A stretch of DNA of 63,902 bases, counting the filler, from Intoshia linei (taxonomy: Eukaryota > Animalia > Orthonectida): the NCBI GenBank assembly GCA_001642005.1. It is 9 parts of 9 records of this genome, joined end to end, with 100 filler letters (N's around TTAATTAATTAA, not from the genome) between each part and the next. Parts side by side here need not be neighbours in the genome. Positions count along the whole stretch, not along the records: positions 27,646 to 38,332 come from LWCA01001257.1; positions 38,433 to 54,569 come from LWCA01000882.1; 7 more parts are not named here. One strand, written 5' to 3'. Below are positions 27,646 through 39,234 of this stretch, piece after piece. How positions within the stretch are numbered: position 1 is the first letter of the stretch; each line of letters starts with the position of its first letter. The position numbers and the translations under genes were made by a program. The notes beneath the pieces were generated by a model. It was not told where the DNA came from and made no database searches. It worked only from the letters and a program-made list of their open reading frames with translations.

Positions 27646-29154
27646 AGTCCGTTCAATAATAATAGGAATTTTCGTTTATTGCAGTTTTCTCAGCAGTTAG
27701 ACATAGAATAATAAAAATCAGTAATGTGCTGGACAACATTATTTGAATACGAGATATCTAAATAAATTGAAAAATCAAAGGATTAATTAGAAAAATCATT
27801 TTAGTAATTCGATAACATTTATAGGCGTTCATTTAAAATAGGAATTATATTTAATTTTTAAACTATATAACTTATATATTTAAAATTATCTATAATTTTA
27901 GGCTAATATTTTGTGCCATCACCTTTATTCTCTAAAACAGCTAAAAATAGTGAGGGCATAGATTTTATAAGAGATTGTTTTATTATTTCTCCATTATCAT
28001 TGTTGCATTTCTCTCACGCCAAAAGTACTGCCACTCGAAGATTATTTTTTTATTATATTGTTTGTTACCGTTATCATATATTATTAAACACATATTATGC
28101 CAGAAATTTTCGATTATGTTCAGATCAGGATTCAATGGAGGATGGTTTATTAGATTAATGTGGGCATTTTCAAGCATTTGCATGCTTGTTTTAGCCTTAT
28201 GTACCGATGCATTGTCTTGTAAAAATTTACGGGAAAGTTGATATATAGGTAGAAAGTGCTCCGAAAAAATATTTTGGTAAATTTCTGCATTCATTGTTCT
28301 TGGAATTTCAACCAAAGTCTGTGTATATTTTTAATGATTGTTCTCCAAACATTAAACCTCCTCCTGAAGTTAAACGATTGATTTTCCCCAATTTTTGAGT
28401 AGATATATCTTGTCAAGCCTTATCACAGCTATTTCCATCTAATGTAAACAATTTTTCGTCCGAAAACCAAACCTTTTCCCAATCGGTATTATTGGTAATC
28501 ATGTCATTACAGTAATTGACTCGAGCTTCCTTATGCTTTTGATTTAATTTTTTTTATTAAAGAGCGATACCTAATAGTTGTTTCTTTTTTTAAAATGTTC
28601 AAAACTGATGTCCTATAAATTCCACAAAGTGAGGTAGTGACTTTTAGAGATTTTTTTACACTTCTTATCGTTCTTGAGTCTATTTTACTTGATTTACCAC
28701 AATTAGACATATTTTTATTATAATCTGTATTATTTTCTAAAACAATTAAACATATTTTGGATTACGTTCACCGATCTTATAACCACATTTTTTGGTCGAT
28801 TACCATTTATCATTTTCCTTTTAACTTCTAATGGAGTATAACCATCATTGTACATAATTTGAATGGATGTCTGTTTTTCTTTAGTTAACTTTGTACCTTG
28901 TCCCATTGTATGTGAATTTTTTTAACAGTTAATGAATTAATAAAGTTTTTATTACATAATTCAAATTTTTAATGAACGACACTAAATTTTAAAAATGCTT
29001 TTTACAATTAATTATGTTTTTTTTAAACCTTAAATTTATATCTTGTGTTCTAGTCATATTTTCATACTTATTACGGATTTTCAATATTTTATGTCTGTTA
29101 ATAACTGTTAAAAATGAAATCAATCAAACTTTCTATTATTATTGAACGGTTGTA
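27646..29154 (-). mobile_element. Tc1/Tc3-like transposon, near full length, decayed transposase (about 27903-28906)
   Basis: Long diverged TIRs begin CCGTTCAATAATAATAG at both ends. The translation has MGQGTKLT, WFSDEK, LQDNASVH and NPDLNIIENFW (DD34E). Confidence 0.85.
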
Positions 29155-29304
29155 CTATGAATGGGTGAAAAATGTGTAATTAAAAACTATATAAAAATTA
29201 TGTCATAAAATCTTTTTATTAATTAAAATTAAGCCGAGTTAATGTATAATTATAATATAATAGTATTAATTAACAAAATCGATAATTATTGTTTCACGAT
29301 GTAG

Positions 29305-32300
29305 GATCAACTGAATCTTCGCTCTTTTACAATAAATTAGTATAATTGTCAGAAAAATATCGTTTTTATAGTACAAGGATTTTTTGTATATTAAAATCAA
29401 TATGGATGCATGTATGAAATTATACTTTCATTTTAGACTTGCCTCTAAAGATTTTCGAACTAAAAAATGAAAATAAGAATGTTGTATTGGGATGTGAATC
29501 TGAATCTGAAAAATCGGCTTGGCTGTGTTATATAGGGTATTTCACAAATCAAAAGTATTTTTTATTACAAATCATAAAGTACGTACTATGTAATCATTTT
29601 GATTTTAGAATAATCGAAAATCAAATCAGTGTTGTAGAAAAAGAAACTTTTAGTCTAACTTTGAAATCTATGGATAATTATATGTATGTTTAATATTTAT
29701 AGATTAGGAATTCGGAACCTTTATCGAAATGGGGTTATATTGATATGAAATGTCTTCATAAAACAAATGGATGATGATTACTAATCATTGATTAGTTTTT
29801 TAACTGAAATGTATCTACTTTTTACCACTTTAGAAATAATTTGTAAATTTTTTTGCGTTTAACATTGATGAATTGTTTGTCTTGATTTTGATTATGTTTT
29901 TCGTTTATTGTAAATGGGACCGCCTTGAAAATCACTGAAACCCATTTTAGAGTGTTAAATTTGACCTCCGAAATACGCAACTATAAATTAAGTGTAATTT
30001 AAAAAGTATAGAAAAAATGTAATGATAACACTTACTCTTTTTTCTTAAGAAATTACCCATTAAATGGAAATTTTCGACATTCACGTAAAAATGAAATTTA
30101 ACCTTCGTTCATTTTGAAAGTACAATATTCTAAGATATTATTTATAAAATTCCCAATGTCGATATGCCAAATGGTAAGCTTCTTTCAGATGAAAATACGG
30201 AATACCAGTGGAACATGTGTTTAATACGGGTTTGGCTCTATGAAAAGGGTAACCATTTTGGGACTAATTTTCTAAAAGTAAAATTAAAAGGATGATTATA
30301 GCAAAAGTTGTAATTATCATTATTTATGTTTGGATCATATATTTTATTAATATCAATTAATTATGAATAATTTCAAATTCAATTCATATGGTTCATATAT
30401 ATAATATAATTCATATTCAAATCATAATGGAAATAGCGGCCGTGGTGAAACAAGTAGTGAACCACTCCTTTAAAGCCGAAATTCTCAACTCTTTTTCATT
30501 GTGGACCTTTATGATTGTATCGAAAAAACATGTCGACCCCAAAAAAATGTATATACATTGTATCATTTAATTATATACAATGTTATGTGTGTGTTACCAT
30601 TTATTTAAAAAAACCGTAATTGGTAATACAGTTTTTCAAAGGTGATGAAGGATCGCAATTTTCATTTTCCCAGAAAACCTAATTTCACCTTATTTCAAAA
30701 CTAAAACCAACCCTAAAATTAAAAAAAAATCATGTCCTCGGACGCGTTTGAAAATCATTACCTTACATTTACTTATCATTACATTTTAAAAAAGGACAAT
30801 ATGGGGTTTTGGTCGTAAAAACACAGTTTTGTGACGTTTCCATTTATGATAATGCTTATTATTTTAAAAAATTTCTCAGAATTTGTTTTATAAAATTTTA
30901 GGACAAGTTTCTTTTTTTAAACAGGGTTTTTTGATGTTTTGACTATGAAGGTGTGCGTTTCTGAGGCTGAGATTTACGACACTGTTAATGTCAAGACGCA
31001 AATTCGGAAACTGAAAAATAGATATAAACCCGCTATGGGAAACACTATGAGAAATTGAGTTTTTTAAATATACGCTAACAGTGTTAGCCTAACACACACA
31101 GACATTCAATTTTATATAAGTAAAAGATATAGAATTATTTTTTTTACGTTTATATGGAGTATTTAATATATTATCTTAAATTTATTAGTAAAGGGAAAAA
31201 GATATTAAATTAAATGACGTTAACTAGAAATAATTACTATCATTGCCGAAATTTGATTTTTCACTTTTTTATTTCTTTAAATAATTTCACTATCAAATTT
31301 TTCATGGACCCCAAAAATCTGCTGTGGACCCCGTTGAGAATGGCTGCTTTTAAGGATTAATAATAGATTAATAGAAGATTTTATTATTGAATTTATTCTT
31401 TTAGTAGAGTTAAAAAATCCGCCCTCATCAGAGCTAGGTGCTGTTTGTACGAATACATAACAGTCAACCTAATTATTATAATATAACATTTATCCTATTT
31501 ACATGTACGTATGCTAATTTAGATTTTCTTTTGGTCAAAATGAAAAAGGAATTGTTTTTGAAAAAACAACAGTAGAGAATCAAGGTTATTTATCAGATAT
31601 TTAAATTAAAAATGGGAACTGTTTCTGTAAAACTAAATTTTGGATATTTTATATTGAATGTATTCCATCTATAACTAATTAATGTATTATTGTAATTATT
31701 TCATAGAATATTCTGCAAGTGAAATTTACTCACATGAAATTATAAACTGTGGTTCATTGGTCGAATTAATTGAACGGCTTTGTTATCATAAACCGATAAA
31801 TTCCAAACTTAGACATGTATTTTTCACTACGTTTACTTTATTCTCATCTATCGAAGAAATTATCGATTTATTAATCAAAAGATATACTTTTATATTACTA
31901 TATTCGTTTATAATTTAAAAAAATTAATTTCCTTAATTTCTTACATTTAATATACCCATTAATTCAACAATTAATATATTTGCAAATCAGATGGAATGTA
32001 GTCGGTCCGTTGTCCACCGAAACTTTGTACTCAAATATGTTATACCTGTAAAATTGAAGTAATCTATTTTCTCGTTATAAGTAATATCATGTAGCCTTTT
32101 ATTTGTCATTTATAGTACAAAAAATTAATTAAATGTAATTGTATATTTAGAGTATTGAACACACTGAGGTAACATTTAAATGCTAATATGCAGCTTTTTT
32201 GGTGATTGTATTATATGTGTCTTTAGAATGTGGTTAAAATTTTACTGGTGTGATATATTCAATTATTCTTCAATTTTGTATAAATTGAATGAATTTTTAA

Positions 32301-33769
32301 AAGATCCATTTCCATACAAAGGTCTTAATACGTATAGAAAGTCTATTTTGAATTTAATCAAAAAATTAGTAATCTCAGTTTACTAAACGAATTATCCACT
32401 CAAAATATTTAGAATACATCTTGTGTGGACCCAAAAATTTGTTCTAAAGTTATATATAATGAAGATTTCGATATTTTAAAGGTTTTTAATTTTCATTTTA
32501 TATAATGATATTTTTAATAAGTCGTAATTAATGTGTGTATTATAATCAAGGTAGATTCTAAATTATTTGCGGAACAATTAACTTTATATGAACGAAAACT
32601 TTTTACGTACATTCCGAGGGCTGAATTTATCTCTATTCTATGGTCAAATAAACAGAAAGGCTCGAATTTATTGCGTTATATTCAACATTCCACTAAGGTA
32701 ATGTAACCATTCAATACTGATAATATATTAGTTTACTTATTGGATTGAAAAAATAATAATTGAAACTTCAATAAATGTGGAACGAATTAGTGTAGTGTCT
32801 AAAATTGTTGATATTTTGGAAGAACTATATTACATCAACAATTTTAATGCAATATTTCAAATTATCGCAGCATTTGATTGTTCTGCTGTCTACAGATTGA
32901 TTAATACATTTTCGGTAATATTTAAAAATATTAACCCTTTCAAAGCCGATGTATAACTGATTAAAAATATAAAATGACTTTACATTAATGAGAAATTTGC
33001 CCCAATTTAACACCAGAATTTTTTCTTTTATTTTTACCTGAAACCCAGATTTTGACCCAAGCATAGCTGGTCACCATCAATATAAGGTTTTAATTTAAAA
33101 TGTATCAATTTTTTTATAAATATCCATTGTTTTTGTAAGAAATTCATTATAAAATAAGAATTTTTCCTTAATTTTATTCAAATGAATATACATCACAAAA
33201 AATAAAACTAAACAATCAAATAATTTATAAAATTTGCGACCCCCCGATTGAGAAACTACGATTTATGAGCTTAATTCATTTGTTAAGTCGTATATAATTA
33301 ATTTCGCTTTGAAATGGTTAATGTTATTCATTAGGCTTTAGCCTCAAACAGATCCAAGATAATAAATAAATGTCGACTTCTCACTTTGAACCATTACAAA
33401 ATTTACAAGAAACGTCTTAAGTATATATCCAACCCACTGCCCTTTTTAGGAATTTTCTTGTCAAATATTACATTTGTCAATGCTAGCACTACAACAATTG
33501 TAAAAAACAAAGAAACCAAATCTATTTATCGACTTGTTAATTTAAAAAAGTGTCGAAAGATTTCTAGTTTAATTTCTGAAATTGTTAATTATCAAAAAAT
33601 AACCAACCAATTTAATAATGATCCCAATATTCAGGTTGTCTTTTAAAATGAATATACAATTTTTTAGAAAATGTTATCAAACATTGACCCAGTGAAAGGT
33701 AAAACTGAAAAGGAATTTGAAAATGAAATGTATAAAAAGTCGCTGCAAATACAACCCAGAGTATCATAG
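29305..33769 (+). CDS. SOS1: Son of sevenless-like Ras GEF (PH C-terminus, REM and CDC25 domains; 5' partial)
   Basis: The spliced product contains EKSAWLCYI (PH), GSLVELIERLCYH..FFTTFTLF..LLIKR|FNIP..YVIPVKLK|VLNTLR|MWLKFYWCD (REM), FAEQLTLYE, NNFNAIFQI..AVYRLINTF, LPFLGIFLSNI and EKEFENEMYKKSLQIQPR. These are colinear with SOS. Confidence 0.85.
31882..31944 (+). other. AT-AC U12-type intron in the SOS gene
   Basis: 5' ATATACTTTT, branch site TTTCCTTAAT at 31928-31937, 3' TTAC. Removal restores LLIKR|FNIP; retention hits TAA at 31916. Confidence 0.8.
32935..33317. mobile_element. piggyBac-type MITE in a SOS intron
   Basis: TTAA|CCCTTTCAAAGC ... GCTTTGAAATGG|TTAA. Confidence 0.7.
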
Positions 33770-33837
33770 TCAATTCATTTCAACTTGTAACAATGTAAAT
33801 AAATGTGTATATTTACAAAAAACTTATTTCAGAGGGT

Positions 33838-35069
33838 TCATATATTTTCACCTTCAATGTTGTCATCAGAGTCGTCTTCAGACTCTGTGTCAGATATAAA
33901 TCTTTGCACGACAACTTTTTCGTCGTATATTTCATCAGGCATGCCATCTGGTTCATCGGGAAGTTGAGCATGTTCGAATGAGATTAGATTATCATCTTTG
34001 GTGGCTTCAGAATCCCCAAAAGCTAAATAAATTTACAATAAAATTTAATTGCGTATACCGCCATCTGGTAATTCTCCATAGGCTTTAAGAGTTCTTGCCT
34101 CTTCAGCTGCATATTTATAAATAACATCAGCTTTATTGTCTTGAAAATCTCTCAATCCAATTAAAACTATATCTGTAGGGTTTACCCAAACCTAAATATA
34201 ATTATTAGAAAATGTAATTGTTATGGTGTCAGACACCTTTCCATCTAGTTCGTATAAAGTCGAGGAATTAATTAAACGGTATTAACTAAACCTTGATATT
34301 TCGTCATACTGAGAAATGATATAAAAATTGTAAAATGTACAAATATGATACTTTTTTTATTTATTTTATCAATTTCAAATTACAGTAAAAAGTATCCTAC
34401 AACATGTATTAAAAAATTATCATCAGGAATGCTAAAAAAGATTAAATCTCACAAAATTTGTTAGATTTTAAGAGATAAGATTATACATGTATATAATAAA
34501 ATATTAAAAGTTAAATTAGTTGTCAGTTTCATCCAGTTAAAGGTACGGATAATATGAAAAAAAATCAGCTAAAAGAGTGAAAGTACATAAAATGTTAGTT
34601 GTGGAAACAAAAATGAAAATATAATGTATATTTAAAAGTTTAAAATTGGCTACTTTTTGCAGAATATTAAATTTCTGGGTGATTACTGATTTTAATCTGG
34701 TATAATTGATAAAATATAAATATTAAGTGGATACTGACTTAATCGCAATAAATCTAATAAACGAGAATAAAATAAATTTTAATTACCTTTTTACGCATTT
34801 TCCCACGAATATGGCACAATCGTGATTTTCCGTCGAAACAAAGGGCACTAATCCACCCGTTTCCCATCATTTTAGAAACTTGCGCATATTCTAAATGCAA
34901 TATAGAAAATAGGACATGTACGATAAAATAAACCTTGCCCATCTTCCTTAAAAATTAATTCACGTTTCAATTTATCATTTTCGTTTTTTCCTCTACGTCT
35001 ATTTTTTCCTCCCTTTCCTATTACTTCGTAATGTAATTAATACAATTTATAACCTTTATTTTTTGGCAT
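33838..35069 (-). CDS. EIF1A: Eukaryotic translation initiation factor 1A (5 exons, about 173 aa)
   Basis: MPKNK|[21 protein letters not shown]|[16 protein letters not shown]|[29 protein letters not shown] plus an acidic tail. All introns are GT-AG. Confidence 0.95.
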
Positions 35070-35504
35070 TTAATTAAAATTTAGTTAAATTAGAAATATC
35101 ATAAATATATTTCACGTTAAGTTTTAAGAAGTATGCGAACTTTGCTGAAATAAATATAACTCAAAATTGTTACCATGAACGTTTTAATAACATTGATAAA
35201 AAATAACGTTAATTTATTTTTGGTAGACATTATACCATGACATTTTTTTAATGAAACAATTCAAAACTGTATAAACAAATATCAATGACAACCATATTAG
35301 CATAATATGTTAATATGTTAGGTACATTAAAAGTCGAATTAAACCGATATTTTAAAATAATATGAAACTATTTTGATGGCACTGTAATAATGTTCACGTT
35401 TAAAATGCTATATGTCAGTGTATATTTATAATTCGCAAAAAATTCATTTTAATAGCCTTACTTCATTTATATTATTTAAAACGCTCAGATAACATTCTAC
35501 AGTT

Positions 35505-35693
35505 ATCGCTTCTCGAGCTTTTGGCTCGGATCAAAAAGTGTAGTATCTGTTCTTACAAGCGTAATTTCTTGTACGCTACCCACGTGGTAGCACAGAAGTT
35601 ATCCCTATTTTTGGAGTTTGGTGATTGTTACTTGCTTGCAGGTTCTTCACCACGGGTTGTCATGTCCTTGCACTATTGACGTGTACAGCCCAT
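35505..35693 (+). ncRNA. U2: U2 spliceosomal snRNA
   Basis: Starts ATCGCTTCTCG; has the branch-recognition GTGTAGTATCTGTTCTT, stem IIa TACAAG/CTTGTA, Sm site ATTTTTG and stem-loop IV with a TTGCACT loop. Confidence 0.95.
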
Positions 35694-35719
35694 TTATTAA
35701 TTAATAAGAGATTCTTATA

Positions 35720-36030
35720 TATTTCAGGCATTTTTGTGAACATTTAGAAAGTGAGTTTAAAGTTTAAACACTTAAAATCTGAAGTTCTAGGTGTATTTTG
35801 TTAATGAAATTCATTTTATGATTTCTCAATTAGTTTATTGAAAATTTCAATAATATCAATTTTCAATTTATAAAATTTTTAAAAATGGCAAATATTGAAA
35901 TAATTTCATAATTTGAAAGTTTACAGAAATGTACGAAATATTTTCATATTTTATTGAATTAAATGGTACAACAATGACCATTGAAGTTTGTGAAAGATCA
36001 TTTTCGACATTAATGTTAGTAAATTAACTG
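35720..36030 (+). mobile_element. hAT dimerisation-domain remnant
   Basis: TTMTIEVCERSFSTLMLV resembles the hAT C-terminal ERxFS motif. Confidence 0.5.
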
Positions 36031-36552
36031 ATTAAGTTAAAAATGTATGTTTAAAAATTATAAACAAATTTAATTCATAGTTTTTTTTAATAATTTACCT
36101 TTTATATGCAAAAAAAAGTGTCTACAATTATAAAATATTTATGTAATAAATAAAAATGATGAATTAAACTTTAGCATTTTTAAATTTGTTTTACTCTTAA
36201 TATTATAAACTTAATAATATTATTTTTTTACAATAGTACTTAAAAAATATTTAAGTAGAATAATTTAAAATATTTTGAATCATTTGATATAATTTCATGT
36301 AATTTTTTTAAAATTATATAAAATTTATATAAAAATGACGAAAAGTTTGTCTATTAATTTTTTAAAATAAACTATTTTTTATTGAGTAGTATCACAAATA
36401 TTCACAACTTAATTTTTTTACTAATAAAAATGTAGAGGCGGGTTTTTTTGTGACGAAAAAAAAATTATATCATTCTGCAGCTATTAAATTAAGATTATTA
36501 TTTACATGTATTTTTAAATTTTAAAAAAAGTACAAATTGGAATAGTCCTAAT

Positions 36553-37921
36553 CAGAGGTAAAAACCGGTTCAGTTATACGGTTGCGGTTGATAAAACGGT
36601 GTACAACGGTAGACAAAAAAGTAAATAAAAAAAAATTATGTAAACTAGTAAATCATTTATTGAAACGTTTATTAATTTTATAAACATAGTATATGTAGCT
36701 AGAACTATATAGGTAAAAATATTCAGTTAGAGACATGACATATTTTTTATGTTTGAGGAAAATAGTCAATAAGGAATGTTTGGATACTGATTTAGAATGC
36801 TACTAATTTGCTCTCAAAGCAGATATGCAAGTGCGATTTAAAGATGTTGAACAACTTATAATACCAAATTGGGTTATGAATTTATTTAATATTAACATCG
36901 ACATAATAGATTCAACATATCTAGAGGATTTGATAAACCTTAAAAATGATGTAGAAAGGCGACAAATGTATTAACAATTTGGTTATAAGAATTTTTGGAT
37001 TAATTAACGCCACCTGTATCCGATATTATGGGAAAAACTAAAAATTGCTGTTACCATTTCCTTCTTTTTATCTTGTTGAAAGAGGATTCAGTGCGGTTGT
37101 AAATTTGCTTACAAAAAAAAGAAATAGACTAAAAATAGTAAAATGTGGTGATCTTATACTTTTTCTTTGGAACATTGATTCTGATCTTGATAAGTTGTCA
37201 CAGGCTCATTAATTTTTGAATAAATATTTTATATTGTGAATAATACGTTATATCATTAAATTTTGTGGAAATCATACGATAGTTTTATTTGTCTGCTAAT
37301 AATACTTCACTGCTTAGGTCACTACCACAATATGTTATTTATTACAATGGAAAAAGTTTGACGATTTAATCTGTTTATATCGATTGTATTCCATTTTAAT
37401 GGAAGCGCTATTATGTGAAAATTTTATAAGGGGGGCACTGGAACATAAAATGTTGGGAAACACTGATCTAAAGTGACAATACTCAATTTCTTTATTTCAA
37501 TATATTTCATAAGGTCTTTTTCAAATTGTTCATTATGTAAATTAGATTTTAAATGAACCCTAGCATTGTTAAGATTTTAATGTTACAGATATTTAGACAA
37601 TTTGGAGCTTTCATTCTACATTATCGTATTTTCTTACTTTTATCAATTTCAAAGTATTTCTTGATAAACTCTTTTTCAAATTCGTCGAATAACATTATTT
37701 TTATTTTGTAAATATGAATAATTACAAATGTATCTACAAATTCAAAAGAGCAATGTATCGATAATAGAAAAATATAATAAAATTATATAATTTTAAATTA
37801 TATTTTATAAAAACCGAGTTGAAAACTGCAAAACAGCGTTTTTCAATTTGAACGGTGGTTGGTTTATTGAAACGATTAACCTAACCGAAAACCGGTTTTT
37901 ATCAATCGGTTCCCACCTCTG
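36553..37921. mobile_element. hAT element with a nested Charlie/Buster-type transposase 3' fragment (about 36700-37465)
   Basis: TIRs CAGAGGT/ACCTCTG, 8-bp TSD gtcctaat/atcctaat and subterminal AACCGG/AACGGT motifs. The inner fragment encodes YLVERGFSAVVNLLTKKRNRL and ends GTTGGGAAACACTG|atctaaag. Confidence 0.75.
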
Positions 37922-37994
37922 ATCCTAATGTAGATTGTACAATGTACGGTCATTTATAGTATTTATATATTATGGTTACATAATATATTGGTTT

Positions 37995-38270
37995 TATATT
38001 GGTTAAACTGTGAAGATCCCAAAATTGCTTCTAAAAATGACAAAGAAATGTTGCAAGTTTGGGAAATAATGGTTACTGAATCAATTCATCTCAAAGGTAT
38101 AGTTCGAGCAGCTAAAGAAAAGTATAATAATCACAAATATTAATATAAATTGGTATTGCTCCAATTGTGAATGATGCAACCGAAAGAACTTTACAAAAAT
38201 ACAAACGAGCCTCAAATTTGTCCAAAAACGAAGTAGAAATCCAAAATAGTGTCAGTTTTGAATAAATTTT
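37995..38270 (+). mobile_element. hATm-like transposase C-terminal remnant
   Basis: PIVNDATERTLQKYKRASNLSKNEVEIQ resembles the VND.AER catalytic-Glu motif. Confidence 0.45.
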
Positions 38271-38589
38271 GATGACTCTATTAGAAATATACAAAAATAA
38301 ACTTAAATTTACAAATATTTTATCTAATTACTNNNNNNNNNNNNNNNNNNNNNNNNNNNNNNNNNNNNNNNNNNNNTTAATTAATTAANNNNNNNNNNNN
38401 NNNNNNNNNNNNNNNNNNNNNNNNNNNNNNNNTATTAGTTACTGTGAGCGATATATTGTTCAAAACTTTAGAGGCGATGCCCCAGGTTTTTTTAACATTG
38501 AGAGGTAAGATTGGGTGCAAATTGAATATTTTCAAAATTTTCATATGGTGGAAGGGTGCACTTTTGAAATAAAAATTCGTTCACACCCC

Positions 38590-38889
38590 TAATACACACA
38601 TTCTGTCTAATAAATTAAAAAAATGGAATAACAATTTTTTTAAAATTCTTTACACAAATGTTAAAAAAATAAATTTAATGTGGAAAAATTCATTTTAAAT
38701 TAAAAAGTAATGTGATATAATGGGTTTGAAACCACTCCTTTAAAGGACTGATACTAGTGAATAATAGCATTTTTAGGTTACATTTTCTTATTGAATTTAT
38801 TTTTCTGGTAGAATAAAAATTTCCGCCCTCGGCTGAGCTAGGATGCTGTTTGTACGTAAAGTAAGTAAAGTACATAACAGTCAAGCTAA
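38590..38889 (+). mobile_element. Helitron 3' fragment
   Basis: Reverse-complement match to 42180-42480, with hairpin-plus-CTAG-type termini. Other 3' ends lie at about 10458 (-), 18013-18067 and 31418-31475. Confidence 0.7.
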
Positions 38890-39234
38890 TTTCTTATAAT
38901 AATTGACGATTGTCATGTTACTAGAATATGTCGTTTTCACTATAATTCTCCAATTATTATTAACATGTAAACTAATTTTTTAAATTATCATAATTTTATC
39001 AATTTAACACATCTTCATTAATATTGATTATTTTAATATTATAATGACAAATTAATAAAAACGGCAGTTCATATTTTAAAAAATGTAGCACAAATTTATT
39101 TCTAATAAATTTGTATTCACTAAATGTGGTATATGTTTTATATTGTAAACATAATAAATAATGTATTTACCAATGCTTAGCGGCAAAGTTTCCCGGGACA
39201 TGGATAAACTACAAATACATTTTTAAATAAATAT

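Noticed and set aside
33717-33899. ORF overlapping the SOS and eIF1A ends
   Set aside because: It is an off-frame shadow of the SOS last exon and antisense to eIF1A.
39189-39203. RFX X-box-like GTTTCCCGGGACAT before ARL13B, and similar half-sites near 11590 and 49700
   Set aside because: They have two or more mismatches or the wrong spacing, and a similar match occurs before the non-ciliary eIF1A.
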